Shown here one piece after another: positions 19,414 through 29,316 of a DNA stretch of 64,000 bases. The position numbers and the translations under genes are program-made. The stretch is taken from the IMG/VR virus record IMGVR_UViG_3300017769_000001, positions 1 to 64,000 of that record; one strand, given 5' to 3'. Position 1 is the stretch's first letter; each line of letters begins with the position of its first letter. Source of the DNA: a virus. The notes under the pieces are model-generated. The model was not told the DNA's origin. It did no database searches and saw only the letters and a program-made list of their open reading frames with translations.

Positions 19414-19899
19414 ATGCAAGTAATCAAGGATCTGGTGAGTTGGAATTGGGGAGACCCTATCACACGGTCGATGATCGACTATTACGATGCTCTTTTGACA
19501 TTCGGCGGTAGTGTGGTCATCATCTCCGCTGCTGTGTGGGTATTGGCTAAAATTCATGCCTACATCATGGATTGTGAGACGGTATACCCGTTCAGCGCCA
19601 AGGAGAGGTACAATTCCAAATGGAACAAAATTCGCATTGGAAATTGCTTTCTCGACCATTCCTGTGTCGGGGTGTTCGGAACACTATTTGTAGGTTCTGT
19701 GTTTTTCTTTTGTATTATGGCGTGGGAAACCGTGTTGACGGTTTCGGTAATTTACGGCTTAATACGCACTGCTCGCGGAGTAGTTCGTTTGAAGAAAGCA
19801 CTGAACAAGCATGTCGAAGATAAGATTGCCCATCCTGCCGAGCCAGAGCCGCCATGTGGCGATCTTCCGACGCAGACTAGGATGTCGGTAATTGATTAA
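19414..19899 (+). CDS. membrane protein
   Basis: GAGGTG RBS; hydrophobic segments. Confidence 0.65.
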   Translation: MQVIKDLVSWNWGDPITRSMIDYYDALLTFGGSVVIISAAVWVLAKIHAYIMDCETVYPFSAKERYNSKWNKIRIGNCFLDHSCVGVFGTLFVGSVFFFCIMAWETVLTVSVIYGLIRTARGVVRLKKALNKHVEDKIAHPAEPEPPCGDLPTQTRMSVID

Positions 19900-19976
19900 G
19901 CGGGTGTAGGCGAATTGGCATAGCCACCAGTTTTAAGCATTGGTGTTTGTGGGTTCGAGTCCCACCACCCGTACCA
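19900..19976 (+). tRNA. tRNA-Leu(TAA), short variable loop
   Basis: cloverleaf, TT-TAA-GC loop, CCA end. Confidence 0.9.
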
Positions 19977-19980
19977 AAGT

Positions 19981-20010
19981 AACCCCTTCCTACATCGGGA
20001 GGGGTTTTTT
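19981..20010 (+). terminator. intrinsic terminator
   Basis: CCCCTTCC/GGGAGGGG stem plus T6. Confidence 0.8.
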
Positions 20011-20030
20011 ATGAACCAACAGGAGAACTG

Positions 20031-22274
20031 ATGATAAAGTACATCAAAAAGCGCAGCGGTGAGATTGAAGAATTTCAACCTGCAAAGGTCAATAAATGGG
20101 GGGAGTGGGCAAGCAAAACCCTCGGGAAGTACGTAGACTGGTCAAGCATCGTACTCCAAGCAGTATCAACCTGCCCAGAAACATGCTCATCACAACTTCT
20201 GCAAGAGCGTCTGATCAAAACTTGCCTTGATCAAGATAGCTGGTCGTATAACAGGATGGCCGGTCGTCTCTTCGCAGCCTACCTGAACAAAACAATTCAT
20301 GGAGATCATGTTCCGACTGTCAAGGAACTTCATCGAAAACTCCAGAATGTAGGGCTGATGAAATACCTGTCATACTCTGACGAAGAATACGAACAGATCG
20401 AAAAGATGATCGATCATCGTCGGGATTTCAAAGCATCGCATTTCGAATTAAAACAAGTTCGAGAGAAGTATGCTCTTCGGAACCGAGTAACGAAGCAGGA
20501 ATTCGAAACCCAGCAATTCGTCTACATGCGAATGGCGATGGCATTGTCAGAAGATCAGCCACGCGAACGCAGGATGAATGACGTCCAGAATTTCTATAAC
20601 CTGTTTTCGAAGAAGAAGATCAACGCCCCCACTCCGAATTATGTAAACCTTGGGACTCCACATAATGGATTGGCGAGTTGTTGTATCTACAAATCCGGTG
20701 ATAGTGCTGCGTCTCTCGCTGCCGGGGATCACATTGCCTACACAATGACTTACATGAGTGCTGGCATTGGATCCTACATCGAAAGTCGTTCCCTCGGCGA
20801 TGCGGTTCGTGGTGGTTCTATTGAACATCAAGGAAAACTTCCGTATTACAGGGCGCTGGATGGAGCGGTTCATGCAAACCTGCAAGCTGGACGTGGTGGT
20901 GCATGTACGACCTACTTCTCTGCATTCGATCCAGAGGTTTCTGATATTGTTCGATTGAAGAATCCAATGTCGACAAAGGACAAGCAGATTCGTGGTCTTG
21001 ACTACGCGTTGATCCAGAGCAAGTTTTTTGCAAAGAAAGTAGCGAAGAACGAGGACGTCTTCCTGTTCAATGTAAAAACAGCACCGGATCTTACTCGCGC
21101 CTTGTTTGATGGGGATCAACAGAAGTTTGAAAAGCTGTACGCTGAGTATGAAGCCAACGGCAACTTCAAAAAGAAATATGTTAATGCTCGTGAGATCCTC
21201 ATTTCACAACGCAATGAGGCTTACGAAACCGGAAAGGGATATCTCTTCTGGGCGGATGAAGTAAACCGACACACTCCGCACAAAGATCCCATCCACAGTT
21301 CGAACTTGTGTCTGGAAGTATGCGAACCGACGCTCGAATACCAATCAACGGAGGATCTGTACTCTACTTCTGAGGAACGGATTGGTGAGGTCGCCATGTG
21401 TAACCTTGCCGCCATCGTACTTCCGAACATCGAGGATGACGAAGACTACTTCTTGGCTTGCTATTATGCCCTTCTGATGATCGACAAGACGATCCATATG
21501 GCAGATTACCCGCTGAAGCATATCGGAGTCACTGCAAAGGCTCGAATGAATGCTGGTATCGGTATGGTCGGAATGGCTCATTACTTGGCGAAGAAGCACC
21601 TGAAGTACAGTTCCGATGAAGGTAAGAAAGAAATTGATCGTGTTGCCGAGCGCCACGCGTTCAAGACCATCGAAGCTTCGTTGGAGTTGTCAAAGGAACT
21701 TGGTGTCGCTCCTTGGATGCATCGTACTAAGTGGCCGGAAGGTTGGTTACCGATTGATACTTACAATCGAAATGTCGACTCGGTGGTTCCATTCGAATCG
21801 CGGTATGACTGGGAAGGTCTGAGATCTGATATCATCGAAAACGGCGGGATTCGTAACAGTAGCCTGATCAACCACATGCCGTGTGAAAGCTCTTCTAAAG
21901 CATCTGGAACTACGAACGGAATCTATCCGATTCGGGAACTGACGCTACTGAAGACGGATCTTCGAAATACGATCTATTGGGCTGCTCCGGAAGGCGAGCG
22001 TCTGAAAGCGTATTACGAAAGTGCATGGGACATATCGACAAAGGATCTGATCGATGCATACGCGATTGTTCAGAAATGGACTGACCAGTCTATCTCTGCG
22101 GATCTGTACAGGAAGATTGTCGGTAGTGATGTAGTAACATCCAGTGAAATGGTTGGGGATTACATCTACATGACGAAGATGGGTATGAAAACTCAGTACT
22201 ACGTCAACAGCTATACTGCGAATGGTGGCAGTCTGAACACAAATGACGATCAATGCGAATCGTGCACACTGTAA
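20031..22274 (+). CDS. nrdA: ribonucleotide reductase class Ia alpha subunit
   Basis: ATP cone, PTP, SCC, SNLCLE, CNL, YY and C-terminal CESC. Confidence 0.95.
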   Translation: MIKYIKKRSGEIEEFQPAKVNKWGEWASKTLGKYVDWSSIVLQAVSTCPETCSSQLLQERLIKTCLDQDSWSYNRMAGRLFAAYLNKTIHGDHVPTVKELHRKLQNVGLMKYLSYSDEEYEQIEKMIDHRRDFKASHFELKQVREKYALRNRVTKQEFETQQFVYMRMAMALSEDQPRERRMNDVQNFYNLFSKKKINAPTPNYVNLGTPHNGLASCCIYKSGDSAASLAAGDHIAYTMTYMSAGIGSYIESRSLGDAVRGGSIEHQGKLPYYRALDGAVHANLQAGRGGACTTYFSAFDPEVSDIVRLKNPMSTKDKQIRGLDYALIQSKFFAKKVAKNEDVFLFNVKTAPDLTRALFDGDQQKFEKLYAEYEANGNFKKKYVNAREILISQRNEAYETGKGYLFWADEVNRHTPHKDPIHSSNLCLEVCEPTLEYQSTEDLYSTSEERIGEVAMCNLAAIVLPNIEDDEDYFLACYYALLMIDKTIHMADYPLKHIGVTAKARMNAGIGMVGMAHYLAKKHLKYSSDEGKKEIDRVAERHAFKTIEASLELSKELGVAPWMHRTKWPEGWLPIDTYNRNVDSVVPFESRYDWEGLRSDIIENGGIRNSSLINHMPCESSSKASGTTNGIYPIRELTLLKTDLRNTIYWAAPEGERLKAYYESAWDISTKDLIDAYAIVQKWTDQSISADLYRKIVGSDVVTSSEMVGDYIYMTKMGMKTQYYVNSYTANGGSLNTNDDQCESCTL

Positions 22275-22284
22275 GAGGAACCAA

Positions 22285-23379
22285 ATGATAGATTCGAATT
22301 TTTTCAATACCGAAAAGACGGACTATCAGACTCCCTCTCTCTTCTTCGGAGAGAGGGCAGGTCTGTTTGACACCGTCAATAAGAAGTACCCGGAGATTTG
22401 GGACATCTACAAGACAATCAAATCGCTGGACTGGGACGAGAACGAATTTAATTACAGTAGTTGTGTTGCTGATTTCAAGACGTGCGACAAGTCGACGTAC
22501 GATATGATGATCAAAACTCTGGCGTGGCAGTGGGAAGCCGATTCATTCGCTTCTCGCATCAGCCCACTGGTAGGCTCTGTAGTAACCTCTAGCGAGCTTT
22601 GGGCAGCATGGCAGCGTCTGAGCGACCAAGAAGTCGTCCATGCGGCCACATATTCCGAAATTGTCAGAAACAGCTTCGAAGATCCTTCTGTCATACTTGA
22701 CGAGATTCTCTCGGTAGAACAGTCACTTAGTCGTTTGGAGACTGTATCTAAGGTTATGGGCAGAGCCCACAAAGTTGCACACGAACATGCCCTTGGAATG
22801 ACAAAAGGAACTCAGGAAGAATACAACGCGATTTTCATGTTTGCGGTCGGTATGTTGGTTCTCGAACGTATCCAGTTCATGAGCAGCTTCGCGGTGACAT
22901 TCGCGATCTGTGATACTGGGTTGTTCCAACCTATCGGAAAAGCAATTCAGAAAATTGCACAGGATGAATTCGAAACTCATGTGGAGCTTGATAAAGCTGT
23001 AATTCGAAATGAGTTGAAATCGGAGCGTGGGAAGATTGCCTTTGAACAATGCCGTGGAGAGATTGAGGAACTGATTGATGAAGTTCTTGAATCTGAATTC
23101 GCATGGGTTGACTATCTGTTCTCTGAAGGTCGGGAACTGATTGGTCTGAACGCAGACATTCTGAAAGAGTGGTCTAAGTTCTGTGCGAGGGACGTCGTGA
23201 AATTCATGAAGGTTCAGTCGAAGCATAAACTACCAACATCGAATCCGTTGAAGTTCATGGAGAATTGGCTTAACATTGGCAAGTCTCAGGGTAGTCCTCA
23301 AGAAGAAGACATTGCCCAGTACAAAGTGAACGTAATGCGTCGTGATGACGATGGTATTGAATTCGATACCGACTTTTAG
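22285..23379 (+). CDS. nrdB: ribonucleotide reductase class Ia beta subunit
   Basis: EVVH...Y, LERIQF, DEFETH di-metal motifs. Confidence 0.93.
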   Translation: MIDSNFFNTEKTDYQTPSLFFGERAGLFDTVNKKYPEIWDIYKTIKSLDWDENEFNYSSCVADFKTCDKSTYDMMIKTLAWQWEADSFASRISPLVGSVVTSSELWAAWQRLSDQEVVHAATYSEIVRNSFEDPSVILDEILSVEQSLSRLETVSKVMGRAHKVAHEHALGMTKGTQEEYNAIFMFAVGMLVLERIQFMSSFAVTFAICDTGLFQPIGKAIQKIAQDEFETHVELDKAVIRNELKSERGKIAFEQCRGEIEELIDEVLESEFAWVDYLFSEGRELIGLNADILKEWSKFCARDVVKFMKVQSKHKLPTSNPLKFMENWLNIGKSQGSPQEEDIAQYKVNVMRRDDDGIEFDTDF

Positions 23380-23387
23380 GAGAACGT

Positions 23388-23645
23388 ATGGCTAAGAATT
23401 ATGTGGTTTATGGGAAATCCGGGTGTCCTTATTGCGTCAGGGCAGTTGATCTTCTGAAGTCAGAAGGACTCAAGTATGTCTACATCAATCTGGAAGCGTT
23501 CCCGGAGAAAGTCGATCAGCTGAAAGCCATGGGGTGTAAATCTGTCCCACAGATCTTTCTGGAAGACGACGAAACTGAAGAATCCGAACACATCGGCGGG
23601 TTTGATCAGCTGTGTGAGCATCTGGGGAAGAGCTACCAGTGTTGA
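23388..23645 (+). CDS. glutaredoxin
   Basis: CPYC, SVPQIF, IGGF. Confidence 0.93.
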   Translation: MAKNYVVYGKSGCPYCVRAVDLLKSEGLKYVYINLEAFPEKVDQLKAMGCKSVPQIFLEDDETEESEHIGGFDQLCEHLGKSYQC

Positions 23646-23670
23646 CATAGTAGATCGATTCAGAGACAAT
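23642..23670 (+). promoter_or_regulatory. sigma70-type promoter for the small-gene array
   Basis: TTGACA-17-GACAAT. Confidence 0.55.
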
Positions 23671-23673
23671 AAA

Positions 23674-23699
23674 CGGAACTTCGGTTCCGTTTTTTTTTT
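23674..23699 (+). terminator. intrinsic terminator
   Basis: CGGAAC-TTCG-GTTCCG plus long T run. Confidence 0.85.
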
Positions 23700-23704
23700 G
23701 GAGA

Positions 23705-23953
23705 ATGATAATGGCTATGCGATATTTGACGAACGTTATGGATCGGTATGGGAAACTACCGAAGACGCAGCGTGATTTGTTCTATGACAGAGCTAAAAAG
23801 CGGAAACGGTATACTCCATATTCATTATATTCTTCGTCTCCAAAAACAGTTCGTTTCCGAAAAGACTTCAACCGCTGTATGGACGACCCAACTGCATACA
23901 AAAAGCTCATGGTCAATATCAGACAAATCAAGAAAATGGACGATCTGTTGTGA
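23705..23953 (+). CDS. hypothetical protein (Leu-tag family)
   Basis: coupled ORF, ends KKMDDLL. Confidence 0.6.
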   Translation: MIMAMRYLTNVMDRYGKLPKTQRDLFYDRAKKRKRYTPYSLYSSSPKTVRFRKDFNRCMDDPTAYKKLMVNIRQIKKMDDLL

Positions 23954-24282
23954 AAACTTTTGACCTTCTGATGGAAGTTATCAAGTCCGGATCTCAACAT
24001 GAGACTACGGAAACTGGGTATGTATCAACCGGGTTTGTGAAATCAGGAGTCAATATCTTCATCGACGTTTATGATTTTGGAGAGCCGATTGTACGCATTC
24101 GCGATGAGAGGTTAAGGAATGGTAAACTATCCTTGGTTTATTCATTTTCTGTTCTTAACACCCAAAAAACTCGCGAACTCATACGTATGGGAGGCTCGAT
24201 CATGGGGGATATATCGCGTGAAGGTGATATTGAACGGTTGGTTGAATTTGTAAACCATCTTTACGACATGGATGCGTTGTAA
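23950..24282 (+). CDS. hypothetical protein (Leu-tag family)
   Basis: coupled ORF, ends LYDMDAL. Confidence 0.65.
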   Translation: MKTFDLLMEVIKSGSQHETTETGYVSTGFVKSGVNIFIDVYDFGEPIVRIRDERLRNGKLSLVYSFSVLNTQKTRELIRMGGSIMGDISREGDIERLVEFVNHLYDMDAL

Positions 24283-24611
24283 TGAGTATTTACGAAAAGC
24301 TGGTAGAAACTTTATACCTCGCTGACGATGTTAGAGTAGAAGACATACTGCAAGATCCATTGGTCGACGGTGAAGTTCTTGGAGTTTACGTAAAGTCTTC
24401 TATTCTGGAGAACCGAGTTTGCTCTGTTATTGTCTCCGTTATCGGAGAGTTTATGGTGGAATTCAAGTACAACCGAAGGGTAGAGTCTGTTGAAGAGTTC
24501 TACGAAAATTTCACGTGTGTGCCACAAATCACCAACGGAATTGAAGAAGAAGGAAAGACTTGCGAGCTGATCTCCATTGTGAGACAATTCAGGAAACTTT
24601 CGCCACTTTGA
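24282..24611 (+). CDS. hypothetical protein (Leu-tag family)
   Basis: coupled ORF, ends FRKLSPL. Confidence 0.65.
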   Translation: MSIYEKLVETLYLADDVRVEDILQDPLVDGEVLGVYVKSSILENRVCSVIVSVIGEFMVEFKYNRRVESVEEFYENFTCVPQITNGIEEEGKTCELISIVRQFRKLSPL

Positions 24612-24621
24612 GGTAAGAACC

Positions 24622-24813
24622 ATGCCATACATATCCGCATTTCTTTTTGCAGCTGCCTGTATCATCGGCAACAATTTCGCCGCTGGAGTTTTTGTTCTGC
24701 TGGGCACTCTTATTGCATTTTCTTGGATTGGTCGAATGTATCAAACAATCTGCAAAAACCAACAAACTTTATACGAACAGCAAAAAAAGATCATCAGGAA
24801 GATGGTAAGGTGA
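24622..24813 (+). CDS. small membrane protein
   Basis: GAGG RBS, two hydrophobic helices. Confidence 0.6.
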   Translation: MPYISAFLFAAACIIGNNFAAGVFVLLGTLIAFSWIGRMYQTICKNQQTLYEQQKKIIRKMVR

Positions 24814-24821
24814 GGGATGTG

Positions 24822-25079
24822 ATGACCCTACAGGAAGCAATGAACGCCGCTAGATCGGTGACAATATTCCGTAGGGGATGGGATGGTAAGGTTGAACTAT
24901 TGTCTGTCAAGAGATATTGCTTTATTGGTAGCGAGTTGAGCATATCTGTTCATATAAACGACAATACTGTCCTACTTTCAGCTATTGGCTTGGATGTCGA
25001 TATTGATCATGACTCCATTCGACAGATGTACTACGATGGAACCATAGACCAAATGTACCTTGCTCAGAAGAGGTTGTGA
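24822..25079 (+). CDS. hypothetical protein (Leu-tag family)
   Basis: likely start MTLQE; ends YLAQKRL. Confidence 0.6.
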   Translation: MTLQEAMNAARSVTIFRRGWDGKVELLSVKRYCFIGSELSISVHINDNTVLLSAIGLDVDIDHDSIRQMYYDGTIDQMYLAQKRL

Positions 25080-25348
25080 TGCTATCAACTTCATTACAAA
25101 CCATAGAAGAAGCAATCAACGCCAGCAGCGAGGTTCGAGTAGTAAGAGCCAGCGTTCCGTTTGACTATCAAATTTGGTGGACGAGAATCCCAAGCCGTAA
25201 CAGAAAATTACACTTCATTGGGATCAGCCACTATCGTATAACTTTTTACGACATACCAGATGAATGTACCATCAGAATCCCAAAACAACATGTTTTGGAC
25301 AACATTGAAATCATCGAAGAAATGCTTGAGGCCACTTCTTCACTATGA
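25076..25348 (+). CDS. hypothetical protein (Leu-tag family)
   Basis: ends LEATSSL. Confidence 0.62.
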   Translation: MMLSTSLQTIEEAINASSEVRVVRASVPFDYQIWWTRIPSRNRKLHFIGISHYRITFYDIPDECTIRIPKQHVLDNIEIIEEMLEATSSL

Positions 25349-25704
25349 GGGTATATACAGTGGACAATAAACAGAAAAGTGTGTTCGCGATCTTCCGGGA
25401 TATGGTTGTGGAAAGCGGCAATACAGTATCTTCGAACTTTGGGGGTGCGTTTCATAGCAACGAACCATTTTCTCTGGTAAGGAACGGCCATAACAACAGA
25501 AACGGGTTGCGTGTTCTCTCTGTCATAGTATCAGATCCAAAAACTGGAAGGAATCTGAAAGTAATAGTCCATGATGTGTACGCCAACGACGACGCGATGG
25601 TGTTCGCAAACATAGAGAGCCCTATCAGGGAAATCCGAAAAAACGGGGATCTGGAGGCGTTTTCTGAACTCTTTGATAGCCTGTACGGAATGGATCATTT
25701 ATGA
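25345..25704 (+). CDS. hypothetical protein (Leu-tag family)
   Basis: ends LYGMDHL. Confidence 0.65.
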   Translation: MRVYTVDNKQKSVFAIFRDMVVESGNTVSSNFGGAFHSNEPFSLVRNGHNNRNGLRVLSVIVSDPKTGRNLKVIVHDVYANDDAMVFANIESPIREIRKNGDLEAFSELFDSLYGMDHL

Positions 25705-26054
25705 CGGAAGCCGAGAAAATCATAGAAATACTGTCAAAAGCAAATGTAGTTGACATTTACTGGAGCCATCCGATAGAGAAAAGGGAAGACGCGAAGGTCA
25801 CTATCGATATCTGGCTTTCAACGATCCCCGGTATGTCTATTATCATTGCGGTATTTTATGGTTCAACCGAGTTTCATGACAATGGGCACACAGCCGACTA
25901 CATTGAGTTCGGTCTTGATATTCGGGAAAGTGGATTACTCCACAACCACCAAAGAAATCCTTCAGTCGTCCTCAGTGCGATGCACCGCGACAAATCCATT
26001 GACCAATTCAAAGATTTCATTTACAATCTCATCATCACTGAAAGTTCTCTGTAA
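25701..26054 (+). CDS. hypothetical protein (Leu-tag family)
   Basis: ends IITESSL. Confidence 0.65.
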   Translation: MTEAEKIIEILSKANVVDIYWSHPIEKREDAKVTIDIWLSTIPGMSIIIAVFYGSTEFHDNGHTADYIEFGLDIRESGLLHNHQRNPSVVLSAMHRDKSIDQFKDFIYNLIITESSL

Positions 26055-26067
26055 TATGGAGTAGGTT

Positions 26068-26445
26068 ATGAGTCGATTGGAGCTTCTTCAAGATGTTATC
26101 AACCTGAATATGAAGTTTCATAGAAGGTCTGAACGCTCGTTCACCCCAAGCCAGATCTTCCAATCAGCCGAAATGAAGAATGATGGTACTGGGGTTACGG
26201 TTTCTTTCGCCACAGAACGAGTCGTTGGTAGTGACAGTTATCCCCACTTCATTAAAATAAGCAGTGATCTTTATACAACTTCCGGACATTTCAGACGATC
26301 CATTGAGTTTCGTGCAAAACTAACTGACATAGACCGCGAAGAGTTCATGAAGTACAAGTGTCTAAGGAAACCTGCGGAGTTTTATGAAGATACTAGGAAG
26401 GAGAAGCAATTATTCGACGCGCTTTGGGAAACATGTGACCTATGA
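26068..26445 (+). CDS. hypothetical protein (Leu-tag family)
   Basis: ends LWETCDL. Confidence 0.65.
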   Translation: MSRLELLQDVINLNMKFHRRSERSFTPSQIFQSAEMKNDGTGVTVSFATERVVGSDSYPHFIKISSDLYTTSGHFRRSIEFRAKLTDIDREEFMKYKCLRKPAEFYEDTRKEKQLFDALWETCDL

Positions 26446-26783
26446 AACGCCCACAAACGCCCCTTTATGACGAGATTATGGCTTCTATCAGTTCCGCGAA
26501 ACGATTCTCCGCAGTGGAGTCTGTACGTTCTGATAAGAAAAAGGCATACTATTCAAACACATTGATCGTATCTTATGGATTTTTCTGCGGGGATCCAACT
26601 CTCAGATTTCGACTGACGAGATCTGGGATGTCCTACGGGGTCGTCGTTTTTGTTTTGAATTCCCCGAATTGTTTCATTGACAAGCACAGATACAATATTT
26701 TAAGCTCACTGAAATGTGAGGGAACACGCGATGCCCTTGAAAAAGTAATCAAAGAATATTTCAAAATTGGAGTGATGTTATGA
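26442..26783 (+). CDS. hypothetical protein (Leu-tag family)
   Basis: ends FKIGVML. Confidence 0.65.
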   Translation: MKRPQTPLYDEIMASISSAKRFSAVESVRSDKKKAYYSNTLIVSYGFFCGDPTLRFRLTRSGMSYGVVVFVLNSPNCFIDKHRYNILSSLKCEGTRDALEKVIKEYFKIGVML

Positions 26784-27121
26784 CTGGTTACAAATACAGT
26801 CAGGAATTGATCGATCAGTCGATGGCAACTTTGCTCGTACACTTCTTTCAAAATGCGGAAAGAATCATAACTGCGGGAGACATTGATACTCATTATAGGG
26901 GGTATTTCACTGTTCGCCCTGCGGCGAGCATTCCAAACGCAGTTTACGTAGATCTCGTCACCGACAATGTCAATATATGGGGTGTTGTCAAAAAATCAGA
27001 TGAAATCATCGGGGCTTGTGCTGTTTTAGAAAGCTGCGATATACTCACCGACCAAACCTTCGAGGCATTGAAATTCAATGAAGAACTCATCAAAAATCTC
27101 AGACAGCTTCGAGAGCTTTGA
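26780..27121 (+). CDS. hypothetical protein (Leu-tag family)
   Basis: ends LRQLREL. Confidence 0.65.
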   Translation: MTGYKYSQELIDQSMATLLVHFFQNAERIITAGDIDTHYRGYFTVRPAASIPNAVYVDLVTDNVNIWGVVKKSDEIIGACAVLESCDILTDQTFEALKFNEELIKNLRQLREL

Positions 27122-27509
27122 AGTAGCAAAGAAAAGAATCGAAACTGCTGCATGTGGGTGCGTCCAGAGAATGATCAACGGCATCAGTAATGGCAGTATT
27201 ACGGATTACGATGTGCTGATTAACGAATCTCACCTGATAAGAAGTGAAGACTGCCGTATGTTATTTCTGGAGGCACTCGGATGTTTTCTCATTGAGTTTT
27301 GGGCTAGAGGCAACATATGTGCTGTCGTAGTAGACCTTAGAAAGTGCGATCCGACGATCTCTAATGAGGTATGCCTTAATAGCATTTCCGCTGTGTTTTC
27401 ATCGGAACGAAAGCATACCAGTGAAGAAGAATCTCGGAAGCTTGCTTCGAATATCTTCAGAAAGAACCGGGAAGTTTTTATTAACGCATACGACTTAGCA
27501 TCGTTATGA
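27078..27509 (+). CDS. hypothetical protein (Leu-tag family)
   Basis: ends AYDLASL; start uncertain. Confidence 0.6.
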   Translation: MKNSSKISDSFESFEVAKKRIETAACGCVQRMINGISNGSITDYDVLINESHLIRSEDCRMLFLEALGCFLIEFWARGNICAVVVDLRKCDPTISNEVCLNSISAVFSSERKHTSEEESRKLASNIFRKNREVFINAYDLASL

Positions 27510-27814
27510 TTGATCTGAATTATTTGATAAAAGATGCGGAATCGTCTAAGGCTTACCTTGATCCATGTCAGGGAGTCCCAAACCAAGTTCCTTACATAGC
27601 AGTGTTTTCCTATAGGGTGTTGTTCTCGGACTACGATTCCGAGAATGAAATGGATCGAACCGTTGTGTTTGTGATCCCAAAAGAAGCCGGATTTTGTTCC
27701 TATGAGGACAGATTGAAGTTCGAAGAAATGTTAAACGGAACTATCAAGAACTGTGGTCTTCTGTCGGAAATCAGCAGAGTCATTGACGAATACGTTGAAT
27801 TGAAATTACTATGA
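27506..27814 (+). CDS. hypothetical protein (Leu-tag family)
   Basis: ends YVELKLL. Confidence 0.65.
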   Translation: MIDLNYLIKDAESSKAYLDPCQGVPNQVPYIAVFSYRVLFSDYDSENEMDRTVVFVIPKEAGFCSYEDRLKFEEMLNGTIKNCGLLSEISRVIDEYVELKLL

Positions 27815-28083
27815 ACGCATATGAAGCTCTCGCGACGATTATTGTTGAATCTGAGTTAACGAAACGAAAGCAGACTGAGGAAGCAGTAGACTCGATTTTC
27901 ATTTCGAAGTACCATGTTTACATCTGGCTAAACGGTGTTAATTATGTTATCCTTATTTCTGATGAAGTTCGGTCGGTTCTTGAAACCTACAAGTGCGAGT
28001 TTATAGATGAAGAATTTCAATCATCGTGGTTGACTGACGAGAGAGTCATTGATGCGATCAGGATTGCGGAGATGGGTGGTTGA
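27811..28083 (+). CDS. hypothetical protein
   Basis: coupled ORF, ends IAEMGG (tag-like helix without the Leu). Confidence 0.62.
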   Translation: MNAYEALATIIVESELTKRKQTEEAVDSIFISKYHVYIWLNGVNYVILISDEVRSVLETYKCEFIDEEFQSSWLTDERVIDAIRIAEMGG

Positions 28084-28402
28084 TATGGGTATGTATCCAG
28101 AAGGGTACGGAATCAAAGACGCGTGCAAGGACTTTGTGTTCATAGTCTCCAATTCCACACAGGTACAAAGTGCGCCAGCCGATTGCGATTTCGATATAAT
28201 GTTCTCTTCGTATGTGAACAGTTACGGAGACACACGCCACAAGCTTTATGTCTGGAGTGATGGGGTCGGATATCTGTTAGACTTCGCGAACCACGAGGAA
28301 TCCATACTCGCTTACGAAAGAATTCATCGTGGTGTCACGAAGACTGCAATCGTTGAAAATAAAAATCTGATAGAAGACGCAATAAAGTGTCTGTCATTGT
28401 GA
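28049..28402 (+). CDS. hypothetical protein (Leu-tag family)
   Basis: ends AIKCLSL; real start probably MGMYP near 28085. Confidence 0.6.
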   Translation: MMRSGLRRWVVDMGMYPEGYGIKDACKDFVFIVSNSTQVQSAPADCDFDIMFSSYVNSYGDTRHKLYVWSDGVGYLLDFANHEESILAYERIHRGVTKTAIVENKNLIEDAIKCLSL

Positions 28403-28409
28403 GGTCAAC

Positions 28410-28904
28410 ATGAAAGTAATCTGGAAGAAACAGAACATCATCAAGTTCATCGAAAGCTTTGAAGAGAAGCACAACCTGTTTGTTGCCCATGGTTGTAACT
28501 GTTTTTGCACTATGGGTGCCGGTGTTGCCCTTGCCTTGACGGAGTACACCAATGGCGAAGTCTATAAAGCAGACGTCGATAACGGTCGGTTCGGTGACAT
28601 CAATAAGCTCGGGACATTCTCGAAGTGCATCGATAACGATGTAGAGTACTACAACTGCTACACCCAGTTTGGAATTAAACCTCCACATGGTCGTGGAGTG
28701 TATGTTCACTGGGATTCTGTATTCAAAGCATTGGCGACAATTATCAATCAGCGGATGCATGACGGCGATACGCTGGTAATCGTTCCGATTGGGACTGGAC
28801 TTGCCGGTGGTAGTGTTGTAAACTTCGAGAGTGTGATTTCAAAGCTGTCGAAACTCGCAAAACCAGATGTGACGCTTGTTATCTGTGACAACTCAAAAAA
28901 GTGA
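28410..28904 (+). CDS. macrodomain protein (ADP-ribose binding/hydrolase)
   Basis: HGCNC..TMGAGVA, YTQF, PIGTGLAGG motifs. Confidence 0.85.
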   Translation: MKVIWKKQNIIKFIESFEEKHNLFVAHGCNCFCTMGAGVALALTEYTNGEVYKADVDNGRFGDINKLGTFSKCIDNDVEYYNCYTQFGIKPPHGRGVYVHWDSVFKALATIINQRMHDGDTLVIVPIGTGLAGGSVVNFESVISKLSKLAKPDVTLVICDNSKK

Positions 28905-28911
28905 AACTGGC

Positions 28912-29316
28912 ATGAATCAGAAATATGGAATACTTTCGACTCTCCTTGAACATGCAACGTTCACATGGGTTATTGAGTCGAATAGGCCCAAATTCCCTCG
29001 TACTTCGGATTACCAGTGTATGAGGTTCAGCCATCTTCCTGCTAAGAAACAAGACAAGCATTATAGATTCCGGTCATTTGTTCATTCTGTGAGAAAAGGC
29101 GAAGATCACCTGTACTCATATGCTACCCACATCTACATCAGAGATGACATTCTGGAGATTGGTTATGGGTTTAACAGCCACTCAGAATTAGTAAGATTCA
29201 GAAATAATTACATCCCAAACTCCGTAGAAGACGTGCGAAAATTTCAGAAAGAATGTGAAATGCTGGCGAACGACCCAGAAACACTATCTTTAATTTTGAA
29301 AATCGGAGAACTGTAA
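28912..29316 (+). CDS. hypothetical protein (Leu-tag family)
   Basis: ends ILKIGEL; shares P...E....FQ.ECE.L with the next gene. Confidence 0.65.
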   Translation: MNQKYGILSTLLEHATFTWVIESNRPKFPRTSDYQCMRFSHLPAKKQDKHYRFRSFVHSVRKGEDHLYSYATHIYIRDDILEIGYGFNSHSELVRFRNNYIPNSVEDVRKFQKECEMLANDPETLSLILKIGEL

